A DNA stretch of 64,000 nt from an uncultured Clostridia bacterium (GTDB taxonomy: Bacteria; Bacillota; Clostridia; CAKSNL01; HGM11501). The stretch lies in NCBI GenBank assembly GCA_934476235.1, contig CAKSNL010000003.1:206153-270152 (forward strand), written 5' to 3'. The notes beneath the pieces are model-generated. The model saw nothing but the letters and a program-made list of their open reading frames with translations. It was not told where the DNA came from and did not search any database. A program made the translations under genes and the position numbers. Of the stretch, positions 52,440-60,782 are shown piece after piece; positions within the stretch are counted from its first letter, which is position 1, and every line of letters begins with the position of its first letter.

Positions 52440-52700
52440 AAGAGGGGAATATTATGAATCTATCAATGGGAACCTATATATTACGCGAACGCTTCGGCGA
52501 TGAGGCGGCGATACTCGGCGCGGAAAATGTGATACTCTCTGATTTGCCGCGACGTTAAAGCTCATCGGATATAAGGGCGAGCTTACGTTTGAGATATTCG
52601 GCTATCTCGGAAGGCTTTAGGACGCTTTACTTCCCGATGCGGTAAATTATGCCGCCAAGGTCGGAAGGGACATCATAGAAAAAATCAAAAATTCGTAATT
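52440..52700 (+). pseudogene. Frame-disrupted remnant of a sugar-phosphate isomerase/epimerase (xylose-isomerase-like TIM barrel) C-terminus.
   Basis: Three short frames give LKLIGYKGELTFEIFGYL and PDAVNYAAKVGRDIIEKIK. These resemble the TIM-barrel C-terminal blocks but are interrupted by stops. Confidence 0.35.
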
Positions 52701-52744
52701 TTTTTATAATTTTCCTGCCAAAATCCTGCCAACGAAAAAGAAAG

Positions 52745-52782
52745 CGCCTAAAATAGGCGCTTTCTTTTTTGTGGCAATGCCG
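52745..52782 (+). terminator. Rho-independent terminator.
   Basis: gaaagcgcc-taaaat-aggcgctttc followed by tttttt. Confidence 0.6.
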
Positions 52783-52935
52783 AATCATTAAGATATTCAC
52801 GCCGCAGGCGTATCTCGCAAAAAGGTGGTAGCGACTGTGAGCCTTGTGTGCGCGCTTGTGAGCGCGCTTGCAAGCGAACAGGCGAGCCGAGCGTGCCTTG
52901 TTGCGAAAGAGGAGGAACGACGGCGCGTGTGACTG

Positions 52936-52982
52936 ATTTTTCTATAAAGAAAAATCGGAACGGAGCAAAGTCCGTTCCGACG
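52936..52982 (-). terminator. Terminator downstream of the minus-strand tRNA pair.
   Basis: tcggaacgga-gcaaag-tccgttccga. On the minus strand it is followed by tttttctttat. Confidence 0.6.
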
Positions 52983-53058
52983 TGGTGGAGATATGGGGAT
53001 TCGAACCCCAGACCTGTTACATGCGAAGCAACCGCTCTCCCAACTGAGCTATACCCCC
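52983..53058 (-). tRNA. tRNA-Ala (anticodon CGC).
   Basis: Reverse complement: GGGGGTATAGCTCAGTTGGGAGAGC...TTCGCAT loop...GGTTCGAATCCCC...CCACCA. The G3:U70 Ala identity pair is present. Confidence 0.8.
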
Positions 53059-53065
53059 GAAACGT

Positions 53066-53154
53066 TGGTGCCCGAGACCGGAATCGAACCGGTACGACTT
53101 TTAACGGTCGCAGGATTTTAAGTCCTGTGCGTCTGCCAGTTCCGCCACTCGGGC
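53066..53154 (-). tRNA. tRNA-Leu (anticodon TAA), long variable arm.
   Basis: Reverse complement: GCCCGAGTGGCGGAA...anticodon loop CTTAAAA...long extra arm...GGTTCGATTCCGG...CACCA. 89 nt. Confidence 0.75.
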
Positions 53155-53245
53155 TAACAACAAGATATAGGATATCACATTTTTTCCTTTTTGTCAATAG
53201 TTTAGTGCGAAAAAACTGCCCCTTTGCTTATCAAGGGGCGGTTTT

Positions 53246-54187
53246 TTATTCGAAATCTTTTATATCAAAATGCCACGGCTCGCGTTTTCTGAACGGAGTC
53301 TTGAATTTCTTTTTAAGAACGCCCTTTTCTTCAAGATGAACATAACATGCAATATCGCACGCCCTTCCGCATATCGAGCACTGATAAGCATGCTGCGCGG
53401 GCGGATAAAAATAAATTTTATCAAGAATTTTCCGCGCCGTTTCCGGAGTCACTTTGGCTTCACCCGCAATAATTTTTATTCTGTCGTCAAAATCACTAAA
53501 AGCGTCCGGAGGCATGAACGGATTTTTCGTGCCGTTAGCACCGTTATAATAAACGGCGCACTGCCACGGTTCAATTCCGCCGTCAGGTTTTACCGCGCCT
53601 CCCGGGCATGCTTTTTTGCACTCCATGCAGTTATCGCAAAGGTGCTTTTCGTAAATCTCCGTACCTTCAATCTCCGCGTCGGTCAAAACAAAGCAATATC
53701 TTATCATGGGACCGAAATCGTCATTTAACAGTGCTCCGTCAAAGCCTTTTTCTCCGAGTCCGCACATCACGGCGACATTTAAAAAGTCAAGCGTTTCCTC
53801 GCTTTTTCTGTTTCTGTATACTGCATCATATGCGACCTCGGGATTGGTCGAATTTTCTTCCTTCATTATCTGCTGGTGCTTTCTCTGCGGAAGCGCCGTG
53901 AATCCCTCGCGCTCTATGACGCCGGACACCTTAAGGCTTGCCATCGGCATGACCGTTTCCTCCATGTTTTCAACGCCCATTGTGGTGTACTGATAATATG
54001 TTGTGCCTTCCTCGATACCTCTGTATACGCCGCGAAGGACTCTGAATCCGAGACCGATGACTGTTTTAACCTCCGGCATAAGGCGAAAGACCGCGTCGCC
54101 CTTACCGAATCTCTCCGCCGGAGCAAAACCGACAACGTCCGCCCCGTTTTCCTTTGCCGTATTAATTATAATATCTTTAAGCTCCAT
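53246..54187 (-). CDS. QueG/reductive-dehalogenase-like 4Fe-4S protein, paralog 1.
   Basis: N-terminal ADVVGFAPAERF...VIGLGF resembles the QueG N-domain. CDNCMECKKACPGG (C-x2-C-x2-C-x3-C-P) and CSICGRACDIAC cluster motifs. Start placed at MELKDII, which has a GGGGG RBS. Confidence 0.5.
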   Translation of the reverse strand: MELKDIIINTAKENGADVVGFAPAERFGKGDAVFRLMPEVKTVIGLGFRVLRGVYRGIEEGTTYYQYTTMGVENMEETVMPMASLKVSGVIEREGFTALPQRKHQQIMKEENSTNPEVAYDAVYRNRKSEETLDFLNVAVMCGLGEKGFDGALLNDDFGPMIRYCFVLTDAEIEGTEIYEKHLCDNCMECKKACPGGAVKPDGGIEPWQCAVYYNGANGTKNPFMPPDAFSDFDDRIKIIAGEAKVTPETARKILDKIYFYPPAQHAYQCSICGRACDIACYVHLEEKGVLKKKFKTPFRKREPWHFDIKDFE

Positions 54188-54188
54188 A

Positions 54189-55076
54189 TCAAAGTTCCCC
54201 CACAATGTGCTCATAGCATGCTATGTCGCACTTTTTCATGCAAAGGCACGGTGAATAGCCCCACTGCGTGTTCGGCAAAAAGTTCATTTTCTTATATAGC
54301 TTTCTCGCGCTTTCCGAATCGAACCGCTTTTCTCCGTTTATAATAGCCTCACGCTCGGGATCGCCGCGCAAAAATTCGTCCGTCATAAAAGGATTTGACT
54401 TATGCGCGCCCTTATAGTAAACGCTGCACTGCCATGTATCCAAGCCATGTTCACTTATCGCGTGACCCGGACACGCCGAGATGCACTTTCCGCACCCGTC
54501 GCACACATCCTCATAGGGCTCGTCAAATTCCAGCGGTGCGTCGGTAATAATAAAACAGTACCTTATAAAAGGACCGTATTTTCTATTCAGTATCTTTCCG
54601 GAAAGCCCCATATCTCCGATTCCGCACGCTTTCGCCGCCTTGCCGAAATTTATTATCACGTCTGGAGCCGGCTTTCCCTCCTCAACGGGATCTGAAATAA
54701 GCTCGTATGTATCTATTACCTCGGGGTTCGTTTCCTTGTCGCCTTTGATTCTTAAGTTGGGTATGACCTTCTGAAGACAGGCGTCATAGCCCTCGTCCTC
54801 AATCATTGCTCCCATTTTAAGAAGGAATATTTCCGCCATTTCCTCATCGATATATTTGACTCCCAAGGTAGTGTACGAATAGTGCTGCACACCGCGCGCC
54901 ATCGCTTTATAAAGTCCTTTGGGAACCGCGAATCCGAATCCTATTATGCTTTTCGCCTTCGTCAGTATCATGTAAGGGTCTCTACCCGGATCTTCCTCGG
55001 CATACACTCTGCCGACTCCGCACAAAGACGCTCCGAGCTCATATGCGCGTTTTTTTATCATTTCGGTTGTAAGCAT
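54189..55076 (-). CDS. QueG/reductive-dehalogenase-like 4Fe-4S protein, paralog 2.
   Basis: Same architecture, with motifs CDGCGKCISACPGH and CLCMKKCDIAC. Confidence 0.5.
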   Translation of the reverse strand: MLTTEMIKKRAYELGASLCGVGRVYAEEDPGRDPYMILTKAKSIIGFGFAVPKGLYKAMARGVQHYSYTTLGVKYIDEEMAEIFLLKMGAMIEDEGYDACLQKVIPNLRIKGDKETNPEVIDTYELISDPVEEGKPAPDVIINFGKAAKACGIGDMGLSGKILNRKYGPFIRYCFIITDAPLEFDEPYEDVCDGCGKCISACPGHAISEHGLDTWQCSVYYKGAHKSNPFMTDEFLRGDPEREAIINGEKRFDSESARKLYKKMNFLPNTQWGYSPCLCMKKCDIACYEHIVGEL

Positions 55077-55092
55077 ACCATGACCTCCTTAT

Positions 55093-55434
55093 CTATATAA
55101 AACGCCTTTCTGTATTTTCTTTGCTTGTGTTGCTGTTTTCAATCACAAGAACCGTCGCGTCACGCGACATTGTAGTATGATGCCACACGCCCCTTTTTAT
55201 GTTGTATACTTTGTTCTTTTCCATAGGCACCGTTTCTTCTTCGGTATATAAGACCGCCTCACCCGAAAGTAAAACAAACACCTCGTCCGTTTCAGTGTGC
55301 CGTTCAAGCCTGTCGGCTTTTGAAAAACGCTCGGACCATCTCATCAGCCCGATTTTCCACCCCTCAAAAACCTTGACCGCCTTAAAATCCTCGCCATTAT
55401 AATCAATAACCTCTATCATCTGTCCAGCCTCCAA
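55093..55434 (-). CDS. Cupin-domain protein (113 aa).
   Basis: Small beta-barrel cupin-like sequence (G.W.H..E.DE.FVLL.GEA). Confidence 0.5.
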   Translation of the reverse strand: MEAGQMIEVIDYNGEDFKAVKVFEGWKIGLMRWSERFSKADRLERHTETDEVFVLLSGEAVLYTEEETVPMEKNKVYNIKRGVWHHTTMSRDATVLVIENSNTSKENTERRFI

Positions 55435-56495
55435 GCTTTTTTGGTGCGAAGCGGCTCCTTAAATCTGCCTTCCATGCAGCCGCCTTTTTTCTCAAGCATC
55501 GAAACGCACGCTCTTATGCAGCCTCCGCACTTTGCCATATTGTATCCGACCCAGCTCGGGAAATACTTCTGAAGAGCGGTATAGACCTTCATTATTTCTT
55601 TTTCGTCGGCAATATCGGTCTTGCCCTCCATGAGGTCAAGCGCTCCGTTCTCGTTTTTGTCCCAGACCTCTTTCGGAACAAACGGATTGTAATACCTTCC
55701 CGCATGAGTATAGAAAGCGTAGCAGCGCCACATATCGATGTCGCCCCACTCGCAGAGCTTTCCGTCAAGGTCAACGCTTATTGTTTTTCCGGAATTGATA
55801 GCGGGGATACAGCTTCCGGGACATTCCCTCACGCACGCTCCGCATTTGCGGCACAAGGGCTTGCCCGAGTACATCTCGTCATATTCAAGCTCTGCGTCCG
55901 TAAATAAAAACGCCACTCTCTGAAGCGGTCCGAATTCGGGAGTCAAAAGCATCTTGCTCCACCCTATCTCGCCGAGCCCGCACGCAACCGCCGCAAGCCT
56001 GAACTGAAATTGAAGGTCGGGAGGCACGGACTCCTCTCTTGCCGCACGCGTGAACTGCACACTTCTGTGGTGCGCGGTCGAGCTTTTCGCGTTTTCGTTA
56101 ACCTCTATCTGCTCCTCGGGCGAAAGAGTGTTTCCGGGGCTTCCGTCCATGTCCGAAACGCAGCCTCTTGCGCCGGTGTTTCTGTAAACGAACGCTTCGT
56201 AGCCTTCATCCTCAATCACCTTTCCGACATGGTAAAGCACCGCCGGAGCATATATTTCGTTAATTCCGCCGTATGCCATCGAAGGGTACTGGTTAAACTG
56301 CGTGCCCTCCTCAATGCCTCTTTGCACTCCGCGCGGAATTCTGAAAACAAAGCCGATGCAGCTTTTCGCCTCCGGAAAAAGAAACCGGGGATTCATTTCA
56401 TCAGGTGCGCCCGAAAAGCGGGACATCGGAGCAATCCCGCATTTGTCCGCGCCGGCGGCAAGCGCCGCTTCTTTAATCATCTGACTTGTCAGCAT
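55416..56495 (-). CDS. QueG/reductive-dehalogenase-like 4Fe-4S protein, paralog 3.
   Basis: Motifs CRKCGACVRECPGSC and CGGCIRAC. The N-terminus matches paralog 2. Confidence 0.5.
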   Translation of the reverse strand: MLTSQMIKEAALAAGADKCGIAPMSRFSGAPDEMNPRFLFPEAKSCIGFVFRIPRGVQRGIEEGTQFNQYPSMAYGGINEIYAPAVLYHVGKVIEDEGYEAFVYRNTGARGCVSDMDGSPGNTLSPEEQIEVNENAKSSTAHHRSVQFTRAAREESVPPDLQFQFRLAAVACGLGEIGWSKMLLTPEFGPLQRVAFLFTDAELEYDEMYSGKPLCRKCGACVRECPGSCIPAINSGKTISVDLDGKLCEWGDIDMWRCYAFYTHAGRYYNPFVPKEVWDKNENGALDLMEGKTDIADEKEIMKVYTALQKYFPSWVGYNMAKCGGCIRACVSMLEKKGGCMEGRFKEPLRTKKAWRLDR

Positions 56496-57520
56496 AATAT
56501 TTTCTTCCCTTCACTTAAATTTGTGAGTGCAGCTTTGAGCTCATCGGCGCATATTGTACATTCGCTGCATTTTTTGCTGCAAAAAAGGCGCCTGTCCGTC
56601 AGCTTTCTGTTATCTATTACATAAGGATAGAGCCTTCCGAAGTGATTCGGCTCCAAAAGCTCCAATACGTTTCCGCTGTGCCTTCCGGATATGTAGCTTT
56701 TAAGCACCATGCGCGCCATATCCGTCGCCCTCGTAGCAAGCTTCATGGCGTTAAAATAAGGTTCGTATAAATGCACTTCTTCAGGTCTTATAAAGCTTGT
56801 GTCCTTTAAGAGCGATATGTAATTTTCTTTGTTTTTAAGGTACTCGTGGCATATCCCTTCAAAGGTATAGCCGTTTTTCATTTTTGAAATCTCTTTTTCA
56901 TGGGCGACCAGATTGTCGTGAAACGTGTGCGCGGAGCAATCGGACAGGCAGCCGCTGTTTGCCAGAATATAAAGCTCTTTCCCGTTTTCGCCGCACCATT
57001 TTTTCAATTCATTAATCTTTTCAAAATCCCGGTTGTATTCGCGTTTTAAATAATACCCGTCAAAATACTTTCCGACATAGTCCATGCCGCGGCACGAGCC
57101 TATCCCCATATTGACCGATGCGCGGGTCTTGATATCACGGAAATTGTCCTTGATAAATTTTGCGATAAGGGGCGATGTTGTCGTGACCGATGCTAAATTG
57201 AATCTGCATTTAATATAATCTGTGCAGTCGCCTATCTCATTGTAAAACGATCCACAAAGGCTTTCCCTGCCGTAGCAATTCCCGTTAAAAAGTAGGTTGA
57301 ATTTAATTTCCTCTTCATTGAGGCGGGCAAGGTCTTTGTTCATTTTTTCATATGCTTCCCACTCGGTCATTTCTCCGCTTTCGGTCTGCGGCGCCCTTCC
57401 GTTCGGGAACGAGCCCCATGAAAAATATACTTCTTCAATGCGCTCTTTGTTCTTTATTATATCCTCCAAAAAGCCCGTATCGCAAGAGCAATTGTATCCC
57501 ACGGAAAATTTCAAACGCAA
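56489..57520 (-). CDS. Cys-rich protein, tentatively peptidase-U32 family-like (RlhA/TrhP/UbiU-type).
   Basis: N-terminal L.F..G.....FLEDIIKN...EEVYFSWG resembles the U32 N-terminus (..AGADAVYxGG). Multiple conserved-looking Cys clusters. The family assignment is tentative. Confidence 0.35.
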   Translation of the reverse strand: MRLKFSVGYNCSCDTGFLEDIIKNKERIEEVYFSWGSFPNGRAPQTESGEMTEWEAYEKMNKDLARLNEEEIKFNLLFNGNCYGRESLCGSFYNEIGDCTDYIKCRFNLASVTTTSPLIAKFIKDNFRDIKTRASVNMGIGSCRGMDYVGKYFDGYYLKREYNRDFEKINELKKWCGENGKELYILANSGCLSDCSAHTFHDNLVAHEKEISKMKNGYTFEGICHEYLKNKENYISLLKDTSFIRPEEVHLYEPYFNAMKLATRATDMARMVLKSYISGRHSGNVLELLEPNHFGRLYPYVIDNRKLTDRRLFCSKKCSECTICADELKAALTNLSEGKKILC

Positions 57521-57611
57521 CCCCTCCTTTTTTGCATAATACCATATAATAATTTTATCACATAAAATATCTTACTTAAATGCACGAAACAAATATAAAG
57601 ATGTAAAAAAC

Positions 57612-57650
57612 AAACAAAAAAATAATCGGCTGAAAGCCGATTATTTTTCA
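57612..57650. terminator. Bidirectional terminator after copZ.
   Basis: A-run, then ataatcggct-gaa-agccgattat, then ttttt. Confidence 0.7.
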
Positions 57651-57905
57651 CTTTCCGAATGCTCCGAAAAACCCCTTTTTCTCGTACGGAGAAGAGGTTA
57701 TCTCCCCGACCGTATATCCCGTGGGTTTTAAGACCTCTCTTATCTTTTCGGAATCAAGAGCGTCCTCCGAGATAATTTCAGTCTCGCCCTTGGAGTGTGA
57801 AGACGAGACTTTTTTTACGTTAAAAGCCGCCCTTATTGCGTCATTTACATGCGTTTCGCACATCTGGCACATCATGCCGTCAATTTTAACTGTTGTTTTG
57901 AACAT
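57648..57905 (-). CDS. copZ: Copper chaperone CopZ-like HMA-domain protein.
   Basis: Metal-binding GMMCQMC. 85 aa. Confidence 0.7.
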   Translation of the reverse strand: MFKTTVKIDGMMCQMCETHVNDAIRAAFNVKKVSSSHSKGETEIISEDALDSEKIREVLKPTGYTVGEITSSPYEKKGFFGAFGK

Positions 57906-57910
57906 AACAA

Positions 57911-60379
57911 TTACTCCTTTATCTTTATTACTTTATATCCGGCTGCCTCAACGGCAGTTTTCAATGCATCTTTATTAAGGTTCTCGGCTCCCAAAATCTC
58001 CGCCTTGCCCGATTTGCTGCTTACCGATACGTCCGACACTCCGCTGACCGCTAAAAGTGCCTCTCTCACCCGCTTTTCGCAATGCGAACACATCATGCCG
58101 CGTATCACGATAACGGTTTTGTCTGCGCTTTTTCCTTTCTCAGATTTGAAAAAGTTAAGTCTTAAGGCGTTTGACACCACAGATACGCTCGATAAGCTCA
58201 TTGCCGCCGCTCCGAACATCGGATTTAACGTCAGCCCGAGCGAAACAAAGCATCCCGCGGCAAGCGGTATTCCGATTACGTTATAAATAAACGCCCAGAA
58301 GAGATTTTCGTGAATGTTTTTAATTGTCGCCTTGGAAAGCCTTATGGCAGTCGGAACATCTGTCAGCCTGCTCTTCATCAAAACAATGTCCGCCGCATCT
58401 ATGGCAATGTCGGTTCCGGCGCCGATTGCAATGCCGATATCCGCGCTCGTTAAGGGCGGCGCGTCATTTATGCCGTCGCCGACCATGGCAACGCGCCCTT
58501 CCTTTGAGAGATTTTCGACGGCTTGCTTTTTCCCGTCCGGCTTAACACCGGCAATCACCTCGTCAACCCCGACTTTTTTGGCAATCGCGCGTGCGGTCCT
58601 CTCGTTATCCCCGGTCAGCATGACAACGCGGATTCCCATTGAATGAAGCTCTTCTATCGCCTTTTTGCTTTCGGGCTTTACCTCATCCGCAACGGCGATG
58701 ACGCCCAAGAGCTTACCGTCTGCCGCAAAAAGAAGCGGTGTTTTTCCTTCAAACGAGAGCTCGTCTGCCTTTTTTTCAATTTCGGGTGAAATCTCAGTTT
58801 CCGACCTTAAAAAGTCAAGGCTTCCGCCGATTACTTTCTTTCCGTCAATTATTCCGGTAAGCCCGTTTCCGGGAAGCGCAGTAAAATCCGATACTTCTTT
58901 TTCTTCAATGCTTCTTTCTTCTCCGAATCTTGTTACAGCTCCGGCAAGCGGGTGCTCGCTCCTTTTCTCAAGCGAAACCGAAAGCGTTAAAAGCTCGTCC
59001 TCCGCCGCCTCATCAGCCGCGAAAACATCGGTAACCTCCGGTCTGCCCTCCGTGATGGTTCCCGTTTTATCAAGCGCGGCAATCTTTATTTTTCCCGCAT
59101 TTTCAAGAACCTCCGCAGTTTTAAAAAGTATTCCGTTTTTCGCCCCGACTCCGGAGCCGACCATTATTGCAACGGGAGTCGCAAGTCCCAAAGCGCACGG
59201 GCAGCTTATAACCAAAACGGAAATGGCGCGTGCCAGAGCGTACGCAAACGTCTGTCCGATTATGAGCCAGACAATAAGTGTGATGACCGACAGTGTGATA
59301 ACCGTCGGAACGAACACGCCCGATACCTTGTCCGCTATCTTTGCAATAGGAGCCTTCGATGCCGCGGCGTCGCTTACCATTTTGATTATTTTTGCCAAAG
59401 CCGTGTCCCCGCCGACATTTTGAGCTTCGCACTTTAAAAACCCGGACATGTTGACCGTACCTGCCGAAACAATGTCTCCCGCTTTCTTGTCCGCCGGAAT
59501 ACTCTCTCCTGTAAGCGCAGATTCGTTGACCGCGCTTACCCCTTCCGTAACCGTTCCGTCAACGGGAATGTTTTCGCCCGGACGAACAACAAATATGTCG
59601 CCCTTTATAACCTCCGAAACAGGGATTTTTTCCTCCTCGCCGTTACGCACAACGGTTGCCTTGTCCGGAGCAAGCTTCATAAGGCTTTTGAGCGCGTCCG
59701 TCGTTTTCCCTTTTGAGCGCGCTTCAAGCATTTTGCCGAGCGTTATAAGGGTCAATATCATTGCGGCGGATTCAAAATAGAACTCGTCCATATACCGCAT
59801 TACCGCTTCATGATCGCCGTTTGCCTGCGATCCGGTCATCGCGAAAAGAACATATACGCTCCAGATATATGACGCTCCGGAGCCGAGCGCGACGAGCGAA
59901 TCCATGTTGGGCGATCTTTTTATGAGCGCCTTTGTTCCGCTTATAAAAAACTTTTGGTTTATCACCATTATCACTGTCGTCAACAAAAGCTGCAAAAGTC
60001 CCATAGCGACGTGATTGTCCGAAAGCCACGATGGCAGCGGAAAGCCCCACATCATGTGCCCCATGGAAAAATACATCAATATTACAAGAAAAAATAAAGA
60101 AGCAATAAGTCTCTTTTTAAGAACCGGAGTCTCTGTATCGGGAAGCTCTTTTTCGCTTTTTTTCTCTTCCACGCCTTTAACGCTCGCCCCGTAACCGGCT
60201 TTAACGACCGCGCCGATTATTTCATCGTCCGACGCCGTGCCGGAAACCGTCATACTGTTCGTAAGAAGGTTGACGTTACATTCCGTTACGTTATTAAGCG
60301 CAGACACCGCTTTTTCAACTCTTGCCGAGCATGAGGCGCAGCTCATTCCCGTCACATTGTACTGACGCATAAAAATCAC
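57911..60379 (-). CDS. copA: Cu+-exporting P1B-type ATPase CopA with N-terminal and C-terminal HMA domains.
   Basis: GMSCASC (N-terminal HMA). CPC membrane motif (SCPCALG). DKTGT. GDGINDAP. C-terminal GMMCSHC HMA domain. Confidence 0.9.
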   Translation of the reverse strand: MIFMRQYNVTGMSCASCSARVEKAVSALNNVTECNVNLLTNSMTVSGTASDDEIIGAVVKAGYGASVKGVEEKKSEKELPDTETPVLKKRLIASLFFLVILMYFSMGHMMWGFPLPSWLSDNHVAMGLLQLLLTTVIMVINQKFFISGTKALIKRSPNMDSLVALGSGASYIWSVYVLFAMTGSQANGDHEAVMRYMDEFYFESAAMILTLITLGKMLEARSKGKTTDALKSLMKLAPDKATVVRNGEEEKIPVSEVIKGDIFVVRPGENIPVDGTVTEGVSAVNESALTGESIPADKKAGDIVSAGTVNMSGFLKCEAQNVGGDTALAKIIKMVSDAAASKAPIAKIADKVSGVFVPTVITLSVITLIVWLIIGQTFAYALARAISVLVISCPCALGLATPVAIMVGSGVGAKNGILFKTAEVLENAGKIKIAALDKTGTITEGRPEVTDVFAADEAAEDELLTLSVSLEKRSEHPLAGAVTRFGEERSIEEKEVSDFTALPGNGLTGIIDGKKVIGGSLDFLRSETEISPEIEKKADELSFEGKTPLLFAADGKLLGVIAVADEVKPESKKAIEELHSMGIRVVMLTGDNERTARAIAKKVGVDEVIAGVKPDGKKQAVENLSKEGRVAMVGDGINDAPPLTSADIGIAIGAGTDIAIDAADIVLMKSRLTDVPTAIRLSKATIKNIHENLFWAFIYNVIGIPLAAGCFVSLGLTLNPMFGAAAMSLSSVSVVSNALRLNFFKSEKGKSADKTVIVIRGMMCSHCEKRVREALLAVSGVSDVSVSSKSGKAEILGAENLNKDALKTAVEAAGYKVIKIKE

Positions 60380-60414
60380 CCCTTTGATAGTCTTTGCGAC
60401 AAGATAAATAATTA

Positions 60415-60723
60415 TTACTTCATAAGCTTCTGAATCGTTAAAACAAGCTCGTCAATCACCTCATCGTCGCCGTTTCTTATATCACGCGCAACACATCCTT
60501 TAATGTGGCTTTTAAGCATTTCCTTGTTAAACGCATTCATCGCCGCGACCACCGCGGAGGACTGAACCAATATGTCGTTGCAATACGCATCCGACTCTAT
60601 CATGGATTGTATTCCGCGTATCTGCCCTTCAATTCTTTTAAGCCTGTTCATCATTGATTTTTTCTGTTCATCGCTTCGCATAGTATGCTTTTCGCTGCAA
60701 TGGCAGCATTTTTCACGTTCCAT
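60415..60723 (-). CDS. csoR: CsoR-family copper-sensing transcriptional repressor.
   Basis: 102-aa helical protein with conserved Cys/His/Cys positions. Immediately upstream of copA. Confidence 0.7.
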   Translation of the reverse strand: MEREKCCHCSEKHTMRSDEQKKSMMNRLKRIEGQIRGIQSMIESDAYCNDILVQSSAVVAAMNAFNKEMLKSHIKGCVARDIRNGDDEVIDELVLTIQKLMK

Positions 60724-60727
60724 AATA

Positions 60728-60764
60728 ATACCCCCTAAGGGTATTATATACCTATAGGGGGTAT
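60728..60764 (-). promoter_or_regulatory. Two tandem CsoR-box-like GC-rich pseudo-palindromes (ATACCCCCTAAGGGTAT and ATACCTATAGGGGGTAT) in the csoR-copAZ promoter.
   Basis: Read from the sequence. They resemble the Bacillus CsoR operator TACCCTACGGGGGTA. Confidence 0.55.
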
Positions 60765-60782
60765 TCTGTCAAGCATTATTTT

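Noticed and set aside
52848-53339. 163-aa plus-strand ORF spanning the tRNA-Ala/tRNA-Leu region.
   Set aside because: It overlaps two well-formed tRNAs on the opposite strand. Spurious.
56010-56624. 204-aa plus-strand ORF overlapping the third Fe-S paralog and the U32-like gene.
   Set aside because: Antisense to two genes with conserved motifs. Arg-rich composition. No RBS.
58665-59423. 252-aa plus-strand ORF inside copA.
   Set aside because: Antisense to a high-confidence P-type ATPase. The Ser/Ala-rich low-complexity translation is spurious.
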